A stretch of 64,000 nucleotides of DNA, taken from NCBI RefSeq assembly GCF_020745735.1, contig NC_083409.1, positions 17,174,619 to 17,238,618 on the forward strand. Direction: 5' to 3'. Position numbers and translations under genes: made by a program. The stretch comes from Hemiscyllium ocellatum (lineage: Eukaryota). Below the pieces are notes generated by a model. It had not been told where the DNA came from. It ran no database searches and saw only the letters and a program-made list of their open reading frames with translations. Shown piece after piece: positions 23,369 through 35,990 of this stretch (positions within the stretch are counted from its first letter, which is position 1; the number at the start of each line of letters is the position of its first letter).

Positions 23369-24821
23369 GAGGAAAGTGTGTCCAGCAGGCTAAGATAAAA
23401 GGTAGGGAGGAGGGACTTGGGGGAGGGGTGATGGAGATGTGATAGGTGGAAGGAGGTCAAGGTGAGGGTGATAGGCCGGAGTGGGGTGGGGGCGGAGAGG
23501 TCAGGAAGAAAATTAGAGTTTAGGAGGGCGGTGCTGAGTTTGAGGTAATCGATTGAGACAAGGTGGGGGGAGGGGAAATGAGGAAATTGGAGAAATCTGA
23601 GTTCATTCCTTGTGGTTGGAGGGTTCCCAGGCGGAAGATGAGGCGCTCTTCCTCCAACCGTCATGTTGTTATGTTCTGCCGATGGAGGAGTCCAAGGACC
23701 TGCATGTCCTTGGTGGAGTGGGAGGGAGAGTTAAAGTGTTGAGCCACGGGGTGGTTGGGTTGGTTGGTCCGGGTGTGAATTTGAGGGCAGGTTGGAAGTT
23801 GTTAGCAAAGTTGATGAACAGCTCCAGTTCAGCCTGAGTGCAGGATGCAGTACTGATGCAGTCACTGATGTAATGGCGGAAGATTTGGGGAACAGTGCCT
23901 GTGCATGTCCTGGTGAGGTGTTGTTTGATGTAGCCGACAACAAGCAGACATAGCTGGGACCCATGGCCACCCACTGGATTTGGAGGAAATGGGAAGAGTT
24001 GAAGGAAGCTGACAGATCACATGGAAATGTTTGGAAAAGGTTCGCAAGGGCACAGTCCAGGCTTCCTGCAAATATCAGCCTTCCTTCTATTGTAGTGCTT
24101 CTTCACAGGAGCTTCTCTCTGGCGGTTTCAAGTACACATCCTCCGTGGAAATATCACAGGCTTTACTGAAATGGAATGAACTGAAAGAAGAGAAGGAAAT
24201 GGGAAGAATTAACCAGACAAGGGTGAGCATCAAGAGAGATGGGAGTGTGTGGAAGACTCTGTGTCATTAAAAAGTCCCAAAGGAGTTTCACAAGAAAATC
24301 TCAAATCCTTGCAAGGATATAAGAGGGAGATGACTTACTGACATCAAACAGGTTGAGTGTTAGGGACCCTGTGCCTCTGGTGCCTAACTCTATATGAGAC
24401 ATTACAGTCAAGGATGGTTGATGTGTAAATAAAGGGTGACTTGATGATGTGGAGTTATTTCATGATCAATGACTGGGGGCAGAGATTTGAGTGAAATGGC
24501 AGAAGATTAAGAGGGAATGTGAGGAAACACGCTTTCATGCAGAAGGTGGTGGTCATTTGTAACTTGCTTTCTGTAAGGGTAGTTGAGGCAGAAGCTCTCC
24601 CATAACATTGAAGCATTTTGATGTGCAGCTGTGATGCCAAGGTACACAGGGCTACGGGCCAAGTGCTGGAACATGGAATTAGAATAGTGAGGTGGTTGTT
24701 TTGGCTGGCTTTGGCTCATTGGGCCGAATGGCCTTGTTCTTGTAGACCTGTTGTAGCTGTCTGACTCTGCTAGGACTCCAGCAATGTGGCTGACCCTTAC
24801 CTGCCATTTGAAAGGCCGAGC

Positions 24822-24965
24822 TGAAAATGTGTTGCTGGAAAAGCACAGCAGGTCAGGCAGCATCCAAGGAACAGGAGATTCGACGTTTCGGGCATAAGCC
24901 CTTCTTCAGAAAATCCCTGATTTTCAGCTCTGATCTCCAGCATCTGCAGACCTCACTTTCTCCTC
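24822..24965 (-). mobile_element. 144-bp non-autonomous Penelope-terminus element carrying a hammerhead motif, flanked by a TSD
   Basis: CCATTTGAAAGGCCGAGC at 24804-24821 and 24966-24983; hammerhead on the minus strand at 24878-24913 (tttt-CTGAAGA-a-GGGC-ttat-GCCC-GAAAC-GTC-gaat). Confidence 0.8.
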
Positions 24966-25499
24966 CCATTTGAAAGGCCGAGCAAGCCACTCAGTTTCAG
25001 GACAGTTAGGGATAGAGAACAAATGCTGATCTTGCCAGCAAGACCCACATCCCAGGAAAGAGTAGACGGCCTCAGTGATAACACTGTCACCTGAACCTGC
25101 AGGTTTCAAGCCCCACTCCAGACACTGGTGCACTATCCTGAGGCTGGCAAAGGCAAAGACGCCATCTGCTGGATGATCGGTTAAACCACTGCCCTCTCAG
25201 GTCAATGTGAATATAAGGGCTTTGTGACCGTCTCAGGGAAGCTCTCCCCAGTGTGCTGGCCGATGCTTCTCTTATAACCAATGGTATTAAAACAGATACA
25301 AAAGTAAAATACTGCAAATCTCAAATAGTGCGTGATGCTGGAGAAAGGGAACAGGTGCAGCCACATTAGAGAGAGGAGGGAATAATGTTTTGGATTCAGT
25401 AATGTTTTATCAAAAGACACCACAGTTTTTGATGATTTTATTTAATTTTAACCTGTTTTATGTTATTTTGTTTTATTTAAATCTTGTTTATCAAATTGC

Positions 25500-25860
25500 A
25501 GCTGGCTTGATTGGCACCACATCGACATATATCCATTGCCTCCACACTGACCCTCAGTAACAGCTGTGTGCACTATCTACAAGATACATTGCAGAGGTTC
25601 AGCAAAGATCCTGAGAGAGCACCTTCCAAACCCATGACCACGTCCATCAAGAAGGACATGGTAGCTGATACACAGGAACACCACTCTTTGCACGTTCCCC
25701 TCCAAGCCATTCAGCATTCTGATATGGAAATATATCACTGTTCCTACATTGTTACTGGGTCAGAATCCTGGAATTCCCTTCCTCCACACATTGTGGGTCA
25801 ACCTACAGCACACAGACTGCAGCGGTTCAAGAAAGCAGCTCAGCGCCACTGTGTACATGA
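25500..25860 (+). mobile_element. 3' remnant of a LINE (same family as 44930-46900)
   Basis: Shares 'tgcactatctacaagat..gcaccttccaaacccat..gaatcctggaattccctt..cattgtgggtcaacct' with 46350-46830. Confidence 0.55.
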
Positions 25861-28314
25861 CAATGAGAGATGGACAGTAACAAGGCTGGTGAAAAGTAAG
25901 AGCAGGTGTGATTAGGGATCTGAAAGTGAGAATGTGATGTTTCAGTTCTTCCTGGACATCTCAAGGTTTGTATGAACTTTTGGTCTCCTAATTGCAGAAA
26001 GAATATAAATCCATTGGAAGTGTTTCAGAGGAGTTTTATCCGACTGATCCATGGTATGAGGGGGCTGTGTGGTGAGGAAGGATTGGAAAGGCTGGCCTTG
26101 ATCTCACTGGAGTTTTGAAGAGTGGGGGATTTTCCTGTCCCACTGTATTCTCCAAACCCTTACCTGACCCCCTCTTGGGTCATACCCTCCTGCCCCTTAC
26201 TAACATGGAATTGGACTGCCCAGTCCTGAGGCTTACACCTTCCATCTGGAACAAAGTCTCCAGGTATCGCTGCCCCTCCCTGATGTATCAGGATTCTTAC
26301 AACTCAGTTTCCAATCCAAACCCCCTGAGTGGGAGTTGCTGTAGATTTATACAGACACTACAAATGTATTTACCCTGAATCATTTCAGTTTAATGAACAA
26401 ATGCTGATCCCACTTACAAATGAAAGAAATCAATTCTTTCATTAAACTAGTCATTGTCCTCAGTCTCTGGATCAATGTTTCAGTGCTTTTAATTTCTTGA
26501 ATTTCCCTCATGGAGGTTTTCTAAACATACTATTGATATGGTTCCTTACACAAATCTCTTCCCAGCTGATCTGGCCAACAGACTCCTGTCCCCTTGTTTA
26601 TTATTTTGCTATTTTCAATCCAAGTGCATGTGCAGGCTCCCATCAGCTGAAGTGACAGTCAGTTCACCAAACTCCCACATTGACCAAACTTCCCAGCATC
26701 CCCCTCTGTGCCAGCTGCACTGAGTGCCAACTGCAGGATATAGGCTGGCCTGTATTTATACTGGTGCTAATTGGTATCACTTTGTTCTGTTGTGCTATTA
26801 CAGTCATAGAGATGTACATCACGGAGACAGAACCTTCAGTCCAACTCGTCCACGCTGACCAGATATCCCAACGCAATCTAGTTCCACTTGCCAATGCTCA
26901 GGATCTGGGTAAAGTTAGATCATTTCTCAGTCTGAAGCTTCCTTCTTTCAGCCTGAGAAATACGTTACTTTTACAACAAACGAATGTGACTTTAATGCTG
27001 GAATCAGTTTTGAACATTAATGGGCTCAATGGTTTGATTCAATGTGGTAAGATAAGAAATATCTGTGACACTTGTTGTAATCCAGTCTTCTCTAACCAAT
27101 CTCTTCAGGGGCCAGGATGAGTGTGAGGAGTTTGGGTTTTGATGGAAGTCCCCACAGACTCAAGTCAAAAGAAGCAAAGCAAGAAAGACAGGTGGATCGA
27201 ATACAAGAGAGCACATTATGAGGGAAAACCAATTATTACCAAAGGAGAGAGTGACAACATTGAATTGCTTCTTGTGTCATCCTCTGCGCCCTTACGTTTC
27301 ACAGTGTCAGCTCCACATCCTTCCATTGGCTTTGTCATTGAGAGTCAACGGTTCCCTTCCCACAGCCCTTTTTAAAATGGCCTGCCCCAGGGAATCACTC
27401 AGACAGAGAATATTTCACCTTTTCTGGGAAGGTTGGAGAAAAATTGGATGTCGATGAGCTGCTTTCTCAGACTTCAGTGTCTGACAGAAGGATGTGTACC
27501 GTCTGTGGATTCTGGAGACAGATCACTGAGATATTCCTCACTCCCATCAACACCTGACTTTATTCTGACATCAGTTTCTATTCTTCATTATAAAGTACCC
27601 CCACCAGTTTCAGACTAGACATTTCACACCCAGCCTCCATTTCCTCACATTGGAATCAAGAACCAAACTTGCCCCATCTCAGGATTGCCCTCTGAATGTG
27701 GTGTCAGTGTGCTAATGCTGTGTTTGATGAAAGAGCCGCAGTGGAATCTGGGACTGAATCCAAGGGGTTTCTGATCCACCAGCAGCCTCCATGCTGTGTG
27801 AGATTCTGTTTGGATAAGATTTCAGCCCCATGGTTCCCACTGGTACGAGAACCATGGAGTGAGATTGCTGGAGCCACGTGTGGACTGAGGAACACAACAG
27901 TCAGGACAATGAGCTGCTCTGGAATCCACCCTGAGCCCTGGATGGTTGTCACTGAGATGGCCCAGGGGCTACAGAATATGACAGCAGAAGTTGGAACCAG
28001 TTTATCATTGACTGTCCCCCCAGCCATGACTCCCAGACTGAACATTCTCAATCTGACCCCAGGGGCAATTCCATCTGATTTGAAGAGTAAAGAAAACCCA
28101 GGTCTAATTTATGGAATATTTATTACCCAAACCCTGTGGAATTGTTATTTTGAGTTCCAAGATTCTGCTGATCGTATTGATCAATAGAGTGTCCCCAGTG
28201 ACCCTGATCTGATTTGCTTGGCTCAGGATCTTGCTGTCCCTGATGGATGGGATGGTGTGGAGGGGGAATTGTGATCAGAATATTTTGTATCAGGGATGGA
28301 TAAAGTTAGTATAG

Positions 28315-28424
28315 TGGGTGACATGGTGGCTCAGTGGTTAGCACTGCTACCTCATAGTGCCAGGGACCTGGGTTCGATCCTCGTCTCAGGCGAATGTCTA
28401 TGTGGATTTTGCACATTCTCTCCA
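28315..28424 (+). mobile_element. tRNA-derived SINE head (truncated)
   Basis: A-box TGGCTCAGTGG (28327-28337), B-box GGTTCGATCC (28371-28380), then 'tgtggattttgcacattctc' as in the 3196 SINE. Duplicate near 62363-62472. Confidence 0.8.
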
Positions 28425-28749
28425 AATACAAATCAAATGCTGTTTGGAATATTTACTTTGCAAACCCTGTGGTATTGTTATTCTGGGTAGTAAGATCCTG
28501 CTGGTCAAATTGATCAATAAAATGCGAACTGAACTGCTTGGCTCGGGATCTTGCTGTGCTGAAAGAATGTGTTGGTGTTCAGGGGAATTCCCATCAGATT
28601 ATTGTGTTCCCCATTACCCCCTCTATTCTCCCCTTCCTGCTCCATACCTGGGGGTGGGGTGGAGCTTTTCACTTCGTACACCTATCCCTGAGGACTCAGC
28701 TCTGGCCATTCCCAAAGCACACAGACACAGAGACTGAATCTTCTTCATC

Positions 28750-28755
28750 TTTATT
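28750..28755 (-). terminator. Polyadenylation signal (AATAAA) of the intact C exon
   Basis: The first AATAAA I found on the sense strand, about 530 nt after the stop codon, followed by GT-rich gtctctgtgtctgtgtgctttgg. Confidence 0.65.
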
Positions 28756-29282
28756 CCCTTTTCCAGATTGACATTGACAGAAAACAGTCAGCAATTAACA
28801 GCCCAGACAGAGGAAGCTGCTCAAATTCACAGCCACATTGGAGCTTGAGGAAAACACTTGTGGGGATTTTCTCAATAACATGAGAATCCTGTCCCTTTAA
28901 ACAGTGACAAAACCTTAAATTGGAACTGGCGGCTGAGCAGAAAGGAGGTCTGTTTTACTGAAACAGAGACGTTTGAGGTTCACATTGTTTTTGCACAGCT
29001 AACAGTCTTTAGCATCTTCGAGAGGTTATACTTGACATCGCAAGTTAACACTGTCCCCATCAAACACATCCAGGTCAGGGAAGGCATGGGGCTAGATAAA
29101 GAGTAAAGTTTTCTCTACACTATCCCAATGACCTGCCTTAACCCCTGAAGCTCAGAAGTGTCTCTGAGCCAGTCCTCAGAAGGAAGAGAGTTGAAATTCA
29201 GTGCTGACAATGACCTTTGACCTGCCAGCTCAGCCCTGTTCTATTTAAAGTTGTGTCTCCTCTGTGGACTGTCTCCAACACT

Positions 29283-29611
29283 CTACACACATTCTGATCT
29301 CCTGATGCTCTTGCTGAGGGGAGAGGGGAGGGTCACATGGGTGAGGGCACAGGAGAAGCGAGCGTTGGACTCCCAGTCAGGCCCAGAGAGGGTCAGCAGG
29401 CTGCTGACACTGTAGGTGCTGTCCGAAGCTCGCAGGTAGTTGCTGGTCTGAACCCCGTCCGAAATGACTGCACCGTCCTTCTTCCACTGCACCTCCAGCT
29501 CATCGGGATAGAAGTGATTGGCAAGGCACACCAGGGTGGCAGTGCCCTTGGCATTAATCTGCTCCAGGGAGGGGGGCAGCAGGGTCAGCTTGGGCTGAGA
29601 GTTGTCACGGA
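29283..29611 (-). CDS. IGKC: Ig kappa-type (type III/NS4-like) light-chain constant exon, intact
   Basis: Acceptor tttcttttgtctttcag|TC CGT GAC; phase 1 matches the J donor. Reads RDNSQPKLTLLPPSLEQINAKGTATLVCLANHFYPDELEVQWKKDG..ARFSCALTHVTLPSPLSKSIRRSECV*; both domain Cys, the Trp and the penultimate heavy-chain-linking Cys are present. Confidence 0.96.
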
Positions 29612-32159
29612 CTGAAAGACAAAAGAAACAATTTTAATCCCTGCCTTTTGAAGGGAATTCAACACTCACAATATTCACTGGCAATACAATCTTTTTGAAC
29701 ATTCTTAGTCAATACAGAATAAACCCAACAAATGAACAGACACTGTTCAAATTGCTTCTTGCGATCTGAGTGTCACTGGCAGGGCCAGCATTCATTACCG
29801 TCCCTAGGTGTCCCTGAGAAGGTGATGGTGAAGCAGCAGAGAGAGAAGGGACAGTTTTGGACCATTGGTTATGGAATGAATGTGGGCAGCTGGAAGGGCT
29901 ATCGATGGGGAAGCACTTTAGTGACAGCGATCAGAACTCAGTGAGATTGAGAGGAGGGATGGAAATGGAGAACCATGGAGCAAGTGTAAAAGTTTTCATT
30001 TTACTAAACTGTGTGGTGCTTTGGTAAAAGTGGATCGGAACCAATGGCATGATGGGAAATCAGTGTCAGGGCAGTGGGAGCCCTCGAAGGATGAGACAGA
30101 CTGTTCCGAATCTGTTCCCACAATGAGTAAGGGTGGGACTCCCACATCTAGACCAAAGAAACAAGAGGATTGGGGTTCACGTACTGACATGGATTGGGAA
30201 CTGGTTGGCAGGCAGCACAGAAAGAATGAGTCTTTTTCTGAATGGCAGGTAATAACAACTTAGGGTGCCACAGGGTCAGTCCTTGGTACCCAGTTATTCA
30301 TAATAAATAACAATAGAGTCATAGGGGCCCAAAAGACCCATCATCCCATTGTGTCCATACTGGTCAAAAAACAACAACCCAATAATTGTCATCCATTTTT
30401 CCAGCAAAAGGGAATTAGATGCAATGTGTATTTAAGAAGGAATTAGATACAGTTCTTAGGATTAAAGGGATCAAAGAATGTGGAGAGAAAGTAGGAACAG
30501 GGGACTGTGTTGGATGAACAGCCATGATCATATTGAAGGGTGGAGCAGGCTTCAAGGGCTGAATGGCCTACTGCTGCTCCTGTGTTTGATGTTTCTATCT
30601 GTTTCTCAGATAATGAAGGAATGTCTCTCATCATTTTGAAGCTGGAAGTCAGATGTGTGTGGAGGTGGAAGATGTGGCCATGGTGATTAATGCAGGTCAG
30701 TAAGGTGGTTCAGAAGACACATGGGAGAAACTGTTTTACTTTTTCCCTTGATGGAATGAGGGCATTGCTGGATCGGCAGCATTTATTGCCCATCCCTAAT
30801 CACCCAGAGGGCAGTTTAGAGTCACCCACATTGCTGTGGGTCTGGGGTCACATGGTAAGGATGGCAGTTTTCTTCCCTAAAGGACATAAGGGAATCAGAT
30901 GCTTTTCCTGACAATCAATGATGGTTTCATGGTCATCATTAGTCTCTTAATTCCAGATTTTGTTTTGATTGAATTTGAATGCCACCATCTGCTGGATTCT
31001 AACCCTGGTCCCCAGAACATTACCTGGATCTCTGGATTAACAGCTCAGCAATAACACCATTAGACCATCACCTCCCTTATCTCATTTTTGGTTGACTGTG
31101 AAAGCAAGAAGTTTGTTTATTCTGGAACTGTATAAAACCCCAGTTAGAGCACAGTGAGAGAACTGTGTACGGTTCTGGTCACCACGTTACAGGAAGGATG
31201 TGATTCCATTAGAGATGGGGACAGAGGAGGAGTTTGTCTGGAATGGGGACTTTGAGCTTTGCGGAATGATTGGATTGGCTGGGACTGTTTTCTTTGGAAC
31301 ACAGGAGGCTGAGGGGAGATTTGGTGGTGGTGTGTAAAATGATGAGGGGCCTGGACAGAGTAGGTAGGAAGGACTGATTTCCACCAACACAGAGGACAAT
31401 AACCCTGGGGAGAGATTGAAATCAGTTGGGGCAGGATTAGAGAGGAGTTGAGGGTATTTGTTTTCACCCAGAGCTTGGTGGGATGTGGGACTCACTGTCT
31501 GAAAGGGTGGGAGAGGCAGAAACCCTCATCAAATTGAAAAAACACTTAGATGTTCACTTGAAACAGCAAAACTTCCAGAGCTATGGAGCAAGAGCTGGAA
31601 AGTGGGATGGAGCGTGATATCTCTTTAACAAACCTCTGATTACCCACAGATCAGGAGAACTTTATTCAAGAACATTGGAGCAGACTCGGATCCACACACG
31701 TCAGGAAAGAATCACGTTGGGGTGTCTGTGTAGAAGATTCCAGATGATATTTCAAACCTTGCTGCACACTATTGGGCTGAGGTCAAGGGTGAGGCTGCAA
31801 AGAGTCTCAGTGTCCTAGAGTCAGACAGGGTCACTGCTCCTAATGACCCCATGACTCCTGGAAGGTGAGAGTGCGCAGACAATGGATGAGGATCCTGATC
31901 AGGAGACTCCAACCTTCAAGAAAGACTTGCACTTGTGTAGCACCTGTCCCCAACTCAGGATGTCCCACTGGATGTTTCCAGCAGACTGTGCACAGCGAGA
32001 TCCCAAACCCCATGTGATAATTAGCAGAGAAATACATTCTGAGTGATTTTGACTGGGGGATAAATATTGACCAGGGACACCAGGGGGAACTGCCTGCTCT
32101 TCATCCAATAGTGCCATGGAATGGCATCTTTCACAACTGAAAGACTCTCAGTTATTCCA

Positions 32160-35100
32160 AAAAATGAAGAATAGTTCCTTGAAGATGAAGTTGCAGGTAC
32201 ATAGGGAAGTGACAAAGTTATTTGGTTTGCTTTCCTTTACTTGTCAGTGCATTGGGTATTGGAGTTGGGAGCTGTTGCGGCTGTACAGGACATTGGTTAG
32301 GGCACTTTTGGATTACTGTGTGCAATTCAGTTCTCCTTGCTGTAGGAAAAATGTTGCGAATCTTAAAATGATTTACAAGGATGTTGCCAAGGTTGGAGGG
32401 TTTGCATGAAAAGGAGAGGCTGAATAGGCTGAGGCTGTTTTTCCTGGATCATTGCAGGTTGATGGGTGACCGTATAGAGGTTTATAAAATCATGAGCGGC
32501 ATAGATAAGGTGAATAGAGAAGATTTTTTCTCCAGAGTTGGGGAGTCCAGAACTGGAGGGCATAGGCTGAAGGTGACAGGGGAAAGATTTAAAAGGGACC
32601 TAAGGGACAACGTTTTCATTCAGAGGGTGTTAAATGTATGGAATGAGCTGCCAGAGGAGGTGGTGAAGGCTGGTACAATTACAACATTTAAAAGACATGG
32701 GTATGTAAATAGGAAGATGTTAGAGGGATATGGGCCAAATGCTGGCAAGTGGGACTAGATTAATTTCGGATATCTGGTCAGCATGGACGAGTTGGACCGA
32801 AGGATCTGATTCTGTGCTGTCCATCTCTCTGACTCTAATTGTATTTCAATCCAGCCCTTAACACATCAGGCTCTCCCAAAGACATTTACAGACAGTTTTG
32901 TTTGACAAACAGTCACTGTTGCAATGTCAGTAACGTGGCAGCTGGTTTCTGCACAGCAAGATCCCACTAGAAGCAATGAGATCAAAGAGCAATAATGATG
33001 TTGGCTCAACGATAACTATTGGCCTGAACTCAACCCAAAGAGAAAGGAATTTGGTTCAGTTGGATGGAAAATGAGAAAATGGAAGGTAAAGGAGAAGGTA
33101 GGATTGCTGGTTAGTGATGGGATTGATTGTTACCAGAAAATAAAAGAAAGGGATGGAATTTTTGAATATCAAAGGGATCATAAAAGTGCAGGGAAAATCA
33201 ACAATAGAACAAACTTAAAGAGTTTGTATCTAAATGCACAAAGCATTCTGAGTAAGGTTGACAAAGTGATGTCACAAATCCAGGTAAATTGAGTTTCCAA
33301 GGAATTTAAACTAGTTAAAGTTGAGGAGGGCTCAGGAAAGGTTATTCAAGTTTCTAGAAGATGTAAAAGGACAGAGAGTACAGAAAGGATCAGGAATCGA
33401 ACATAAAGCACAGCAGATAAGAGGACAATGATGGGAAGGAGGGCAGTCAATGCAGGACTGAGGGTGTTGTACTTAAATGCACACAATATACACAATGGGC
33501 TGGTAGTGCAGATTGAAACTGGCAGGTACGATGTTGTGGGTATCACAGAGACATGGCTGTAAGGGAATTCGGGCTGGGAACTAAATATTCAAGGATGCAT
33601 GTCCTATCAAAAGGACGGGCAGATGGGCAGAGGGGGAAGAGTTGTCTTGTTAGTGAGAAATGAAATTAAATCAATAGCAAGAAGTGATGTAGAGTTAGAA
33701 GGTGTAGAATCTGTGTGGGTAGAGCTGAGGAACTGCAATAAATAAAGAATCTGATGCAAGTTATGTCCAGGTCTCCAAGCAGTAATCAGGGTGTGGGGAA
33801 GGAAATCAGTCAGGAGACAGAAAATGTCAGGGCAGACTTCAATGGATCGGTGGACTGGGTAGTGTATCTCAAGGAAAGGATTTCATGGAATATCTATGAG
33901 ACGGATTTTGGAGCAGCTTGTGCTTGAGCCATTATGGAACAGGCAGGTCTGGATTCAGTGATGTGTATTGAGGCAAACATGATTAGTGAGTTTAAGGTGA
34001 AAGTATCCCTGTGGATAAGTGACCATAATACGATAGAATTCCCCCTGTAGTTTGAGAGGGAGAAGCTGCAATCAGATTGAACAGTATTTCAGTTGAGTAA
34101 AGGTAACTCAATGTGGTGGAGAATAGTGGGAAGCCGGAGGATTAGGAAGCCTTTAAAAACCTGCAGGGGATAACTGAAAAAGCATTAAGGGTGGAGAATG
34201 TGAAATGTGGGAGTTATCTAGCCAGTAATATAAAAGAAGATTGCAGGAGTTTTATCAGGTGTATAAAAAGGAAGAGGGAGTCAAAAATAGACTATGGATC
34301 ACTGGAAAATGAAGCTAGAGAATGAATAACAGGAAATGAAGGAATAGCAGAGGAATTGAATAGATACTTTGCATCAGTCTGCATCATGGAAAACACCAGC
34401 AGTGTCCCAGTAATTCAAGACTGTCAGGGGTCGGAGCGGAGTGCAGTGGCCATCACTAAGGAGGAGGTACTGGGGAAGCTGGAAGGTCTGAATGTGGATA
34501 ACTCACCCAGACTGGATGAACTACACCAGTGTGTTCTGAAGGAGATCGCTGAGGAGATTGTGGAGGCATTGGTGATGATCGTTCAGGAATCAATGGAGTC
34601 AGGGTGTGGAGGTGAGATGGGGACGGATTTGGTGGGGGCAAGGGACAGGAAAATGGCTCACATATCACCCCTGTTTAAGAAGGGAGGGAGGTAGAAGATG
34701 GGACATTATCAGCCAGTTAGCCAGGACTCAGTTGTTGGTAAGGTTTTAGACTTCAATTTAAGGATGAAATTGCAGAGGACTAGGAAGTGCAATGGCTTCA
34801 TCAAGGAGATATCATGCCTGGCAAATCTGTTAGAATTCTTTGAGGAGGCAATGAGCCAGTCAGACAAAGGAGAGTCTGAGGAAGTAATCTATTTGGATTT
34901 CCACAAGGCATTTGACATCAGACAAGCGCCCACAGTATTAGGGGCAATGTAGTGGCATGGATTGAAGACTGGCAGGTTGGCATAAAGCAGAGCGTGAGGA
35001 ACAATGGCCAATGGTGACTAGTAGAGTTCTGCAGGTGTCAATGTTAGGGCCATAACTATTCACGTTATACATGAACAATCTGGATGAAGGAAGTGAAGAC

Positions 35101-35990
35101 ATTGTTGCTAAGTTTGCAGGTGACATGAGATAGGTGGAGGGACAGGTAGTGTTGAGGAAGTGGGAAGGCTGTAAAAGCTCCTGGATAGGCTGGGAGAGTG
35201 GGCAAAGAAGTGGCAGATAGAATACAATGTGTGACAGTGTGAGGGTATGCACTTTGGGAGGAAGAAGAGATGCAAAGACTGTTTGCTAAATAAGGAAAGC
35301 CTTTGGAAATCTAAAGCACAAACCACATTCAGGTTTCCCTTCAGTTTAACAGGCTGGTCCAGTTTGTGCTTGGGTAGGCAAATGAAATGATAGCATTCAT
35401 TTCAATAGGGCCAGAATACATGAGCAGAGATGTACTGCTGAGGCTGTGTAAGGCTCTGGTCAGACCACATTTGGAATATTGTGAGCAGATTTGGGACCCA
35501 TAGTCTAAGAAATAATGTGCTGGTATTGGAGGGGTTTACAAAAATGATCCTGGGGATGAAGGGCTTGTCATATGAGGCGTGGTTGAGGACTCTGGGTCTG
35601 TACTCGACGGAGTTTAGAAGAATGATGAGGGATCTGATTGAAATTTGCAGAATACTGATCGGTCTGGATAGAGTGGATGCAGGACAGACTCGGGAACCAA
35701 GGCACAGCCTCAGAATGACGGGCCGACCCTTTTGAGCTGAGGTGAGGAGGAATTTGTACAGCCAGAAGGTGGCGTAACTGTGGAACTCATTGCTACAGAG
35801 GGCAGGGGAGGCCAAGTCACTGAGTGTATTTAAGACAGATATAGATAGGTTCGTGATTGTGAAGGGGATCGAACGTTCCTGTGGAGTAGGCAGGAGAATG
35901 GGGGTGAGAAGCATATCTGCCAAGATCAAATGGCAGAGCAGATTCAATGGGCTGAATGGCTGATTTCTGCTCCTATTTCTTAAAGACTTC
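32160..35990 (+). mobile_element. Cluster of decayed CR1 LINE remnants in the J-C intron
   Basis: ORF2 pieces at 32116-32758, 33071-33790, 34356-34952 ('YQPVSQDSVVGKVL..YLDFHKAFD') and 35481-35735; many stops. Confidence 0.8.

Larger units (their letters stand above)
21949..24115 (-). mobile_element. Decayed Penelope-like element with a nested second Penelope 3' fragment (23240-23774)
   Basis: 'FTCLSSNLVYCIRCTRCGLLCISETKHKLR' (22440-22643), 'PCNRKRCKTC', RT 'MAMGPSYVCL..FRHYISD'. The host 'ALKFT' codons are split by the insert, with gtgaattt(a/g)ag on both sides. Confidence 0.85.

Noticed and set aside
17900-28300. Numerous 60-170 aa ORFs (and their copies at 52-62 kb) as host genes
   Set aside because: They are antisense or out-of-frame readings of TE remnants or low-complexity DNA, with no domains or splice-supported exon chain; identity between copies reflects the duplication, not selection.
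28315-28424. Possible tRNA gene
   Set aside because: A and B boxes run into SINE body sequence; no complete cloverleaf.
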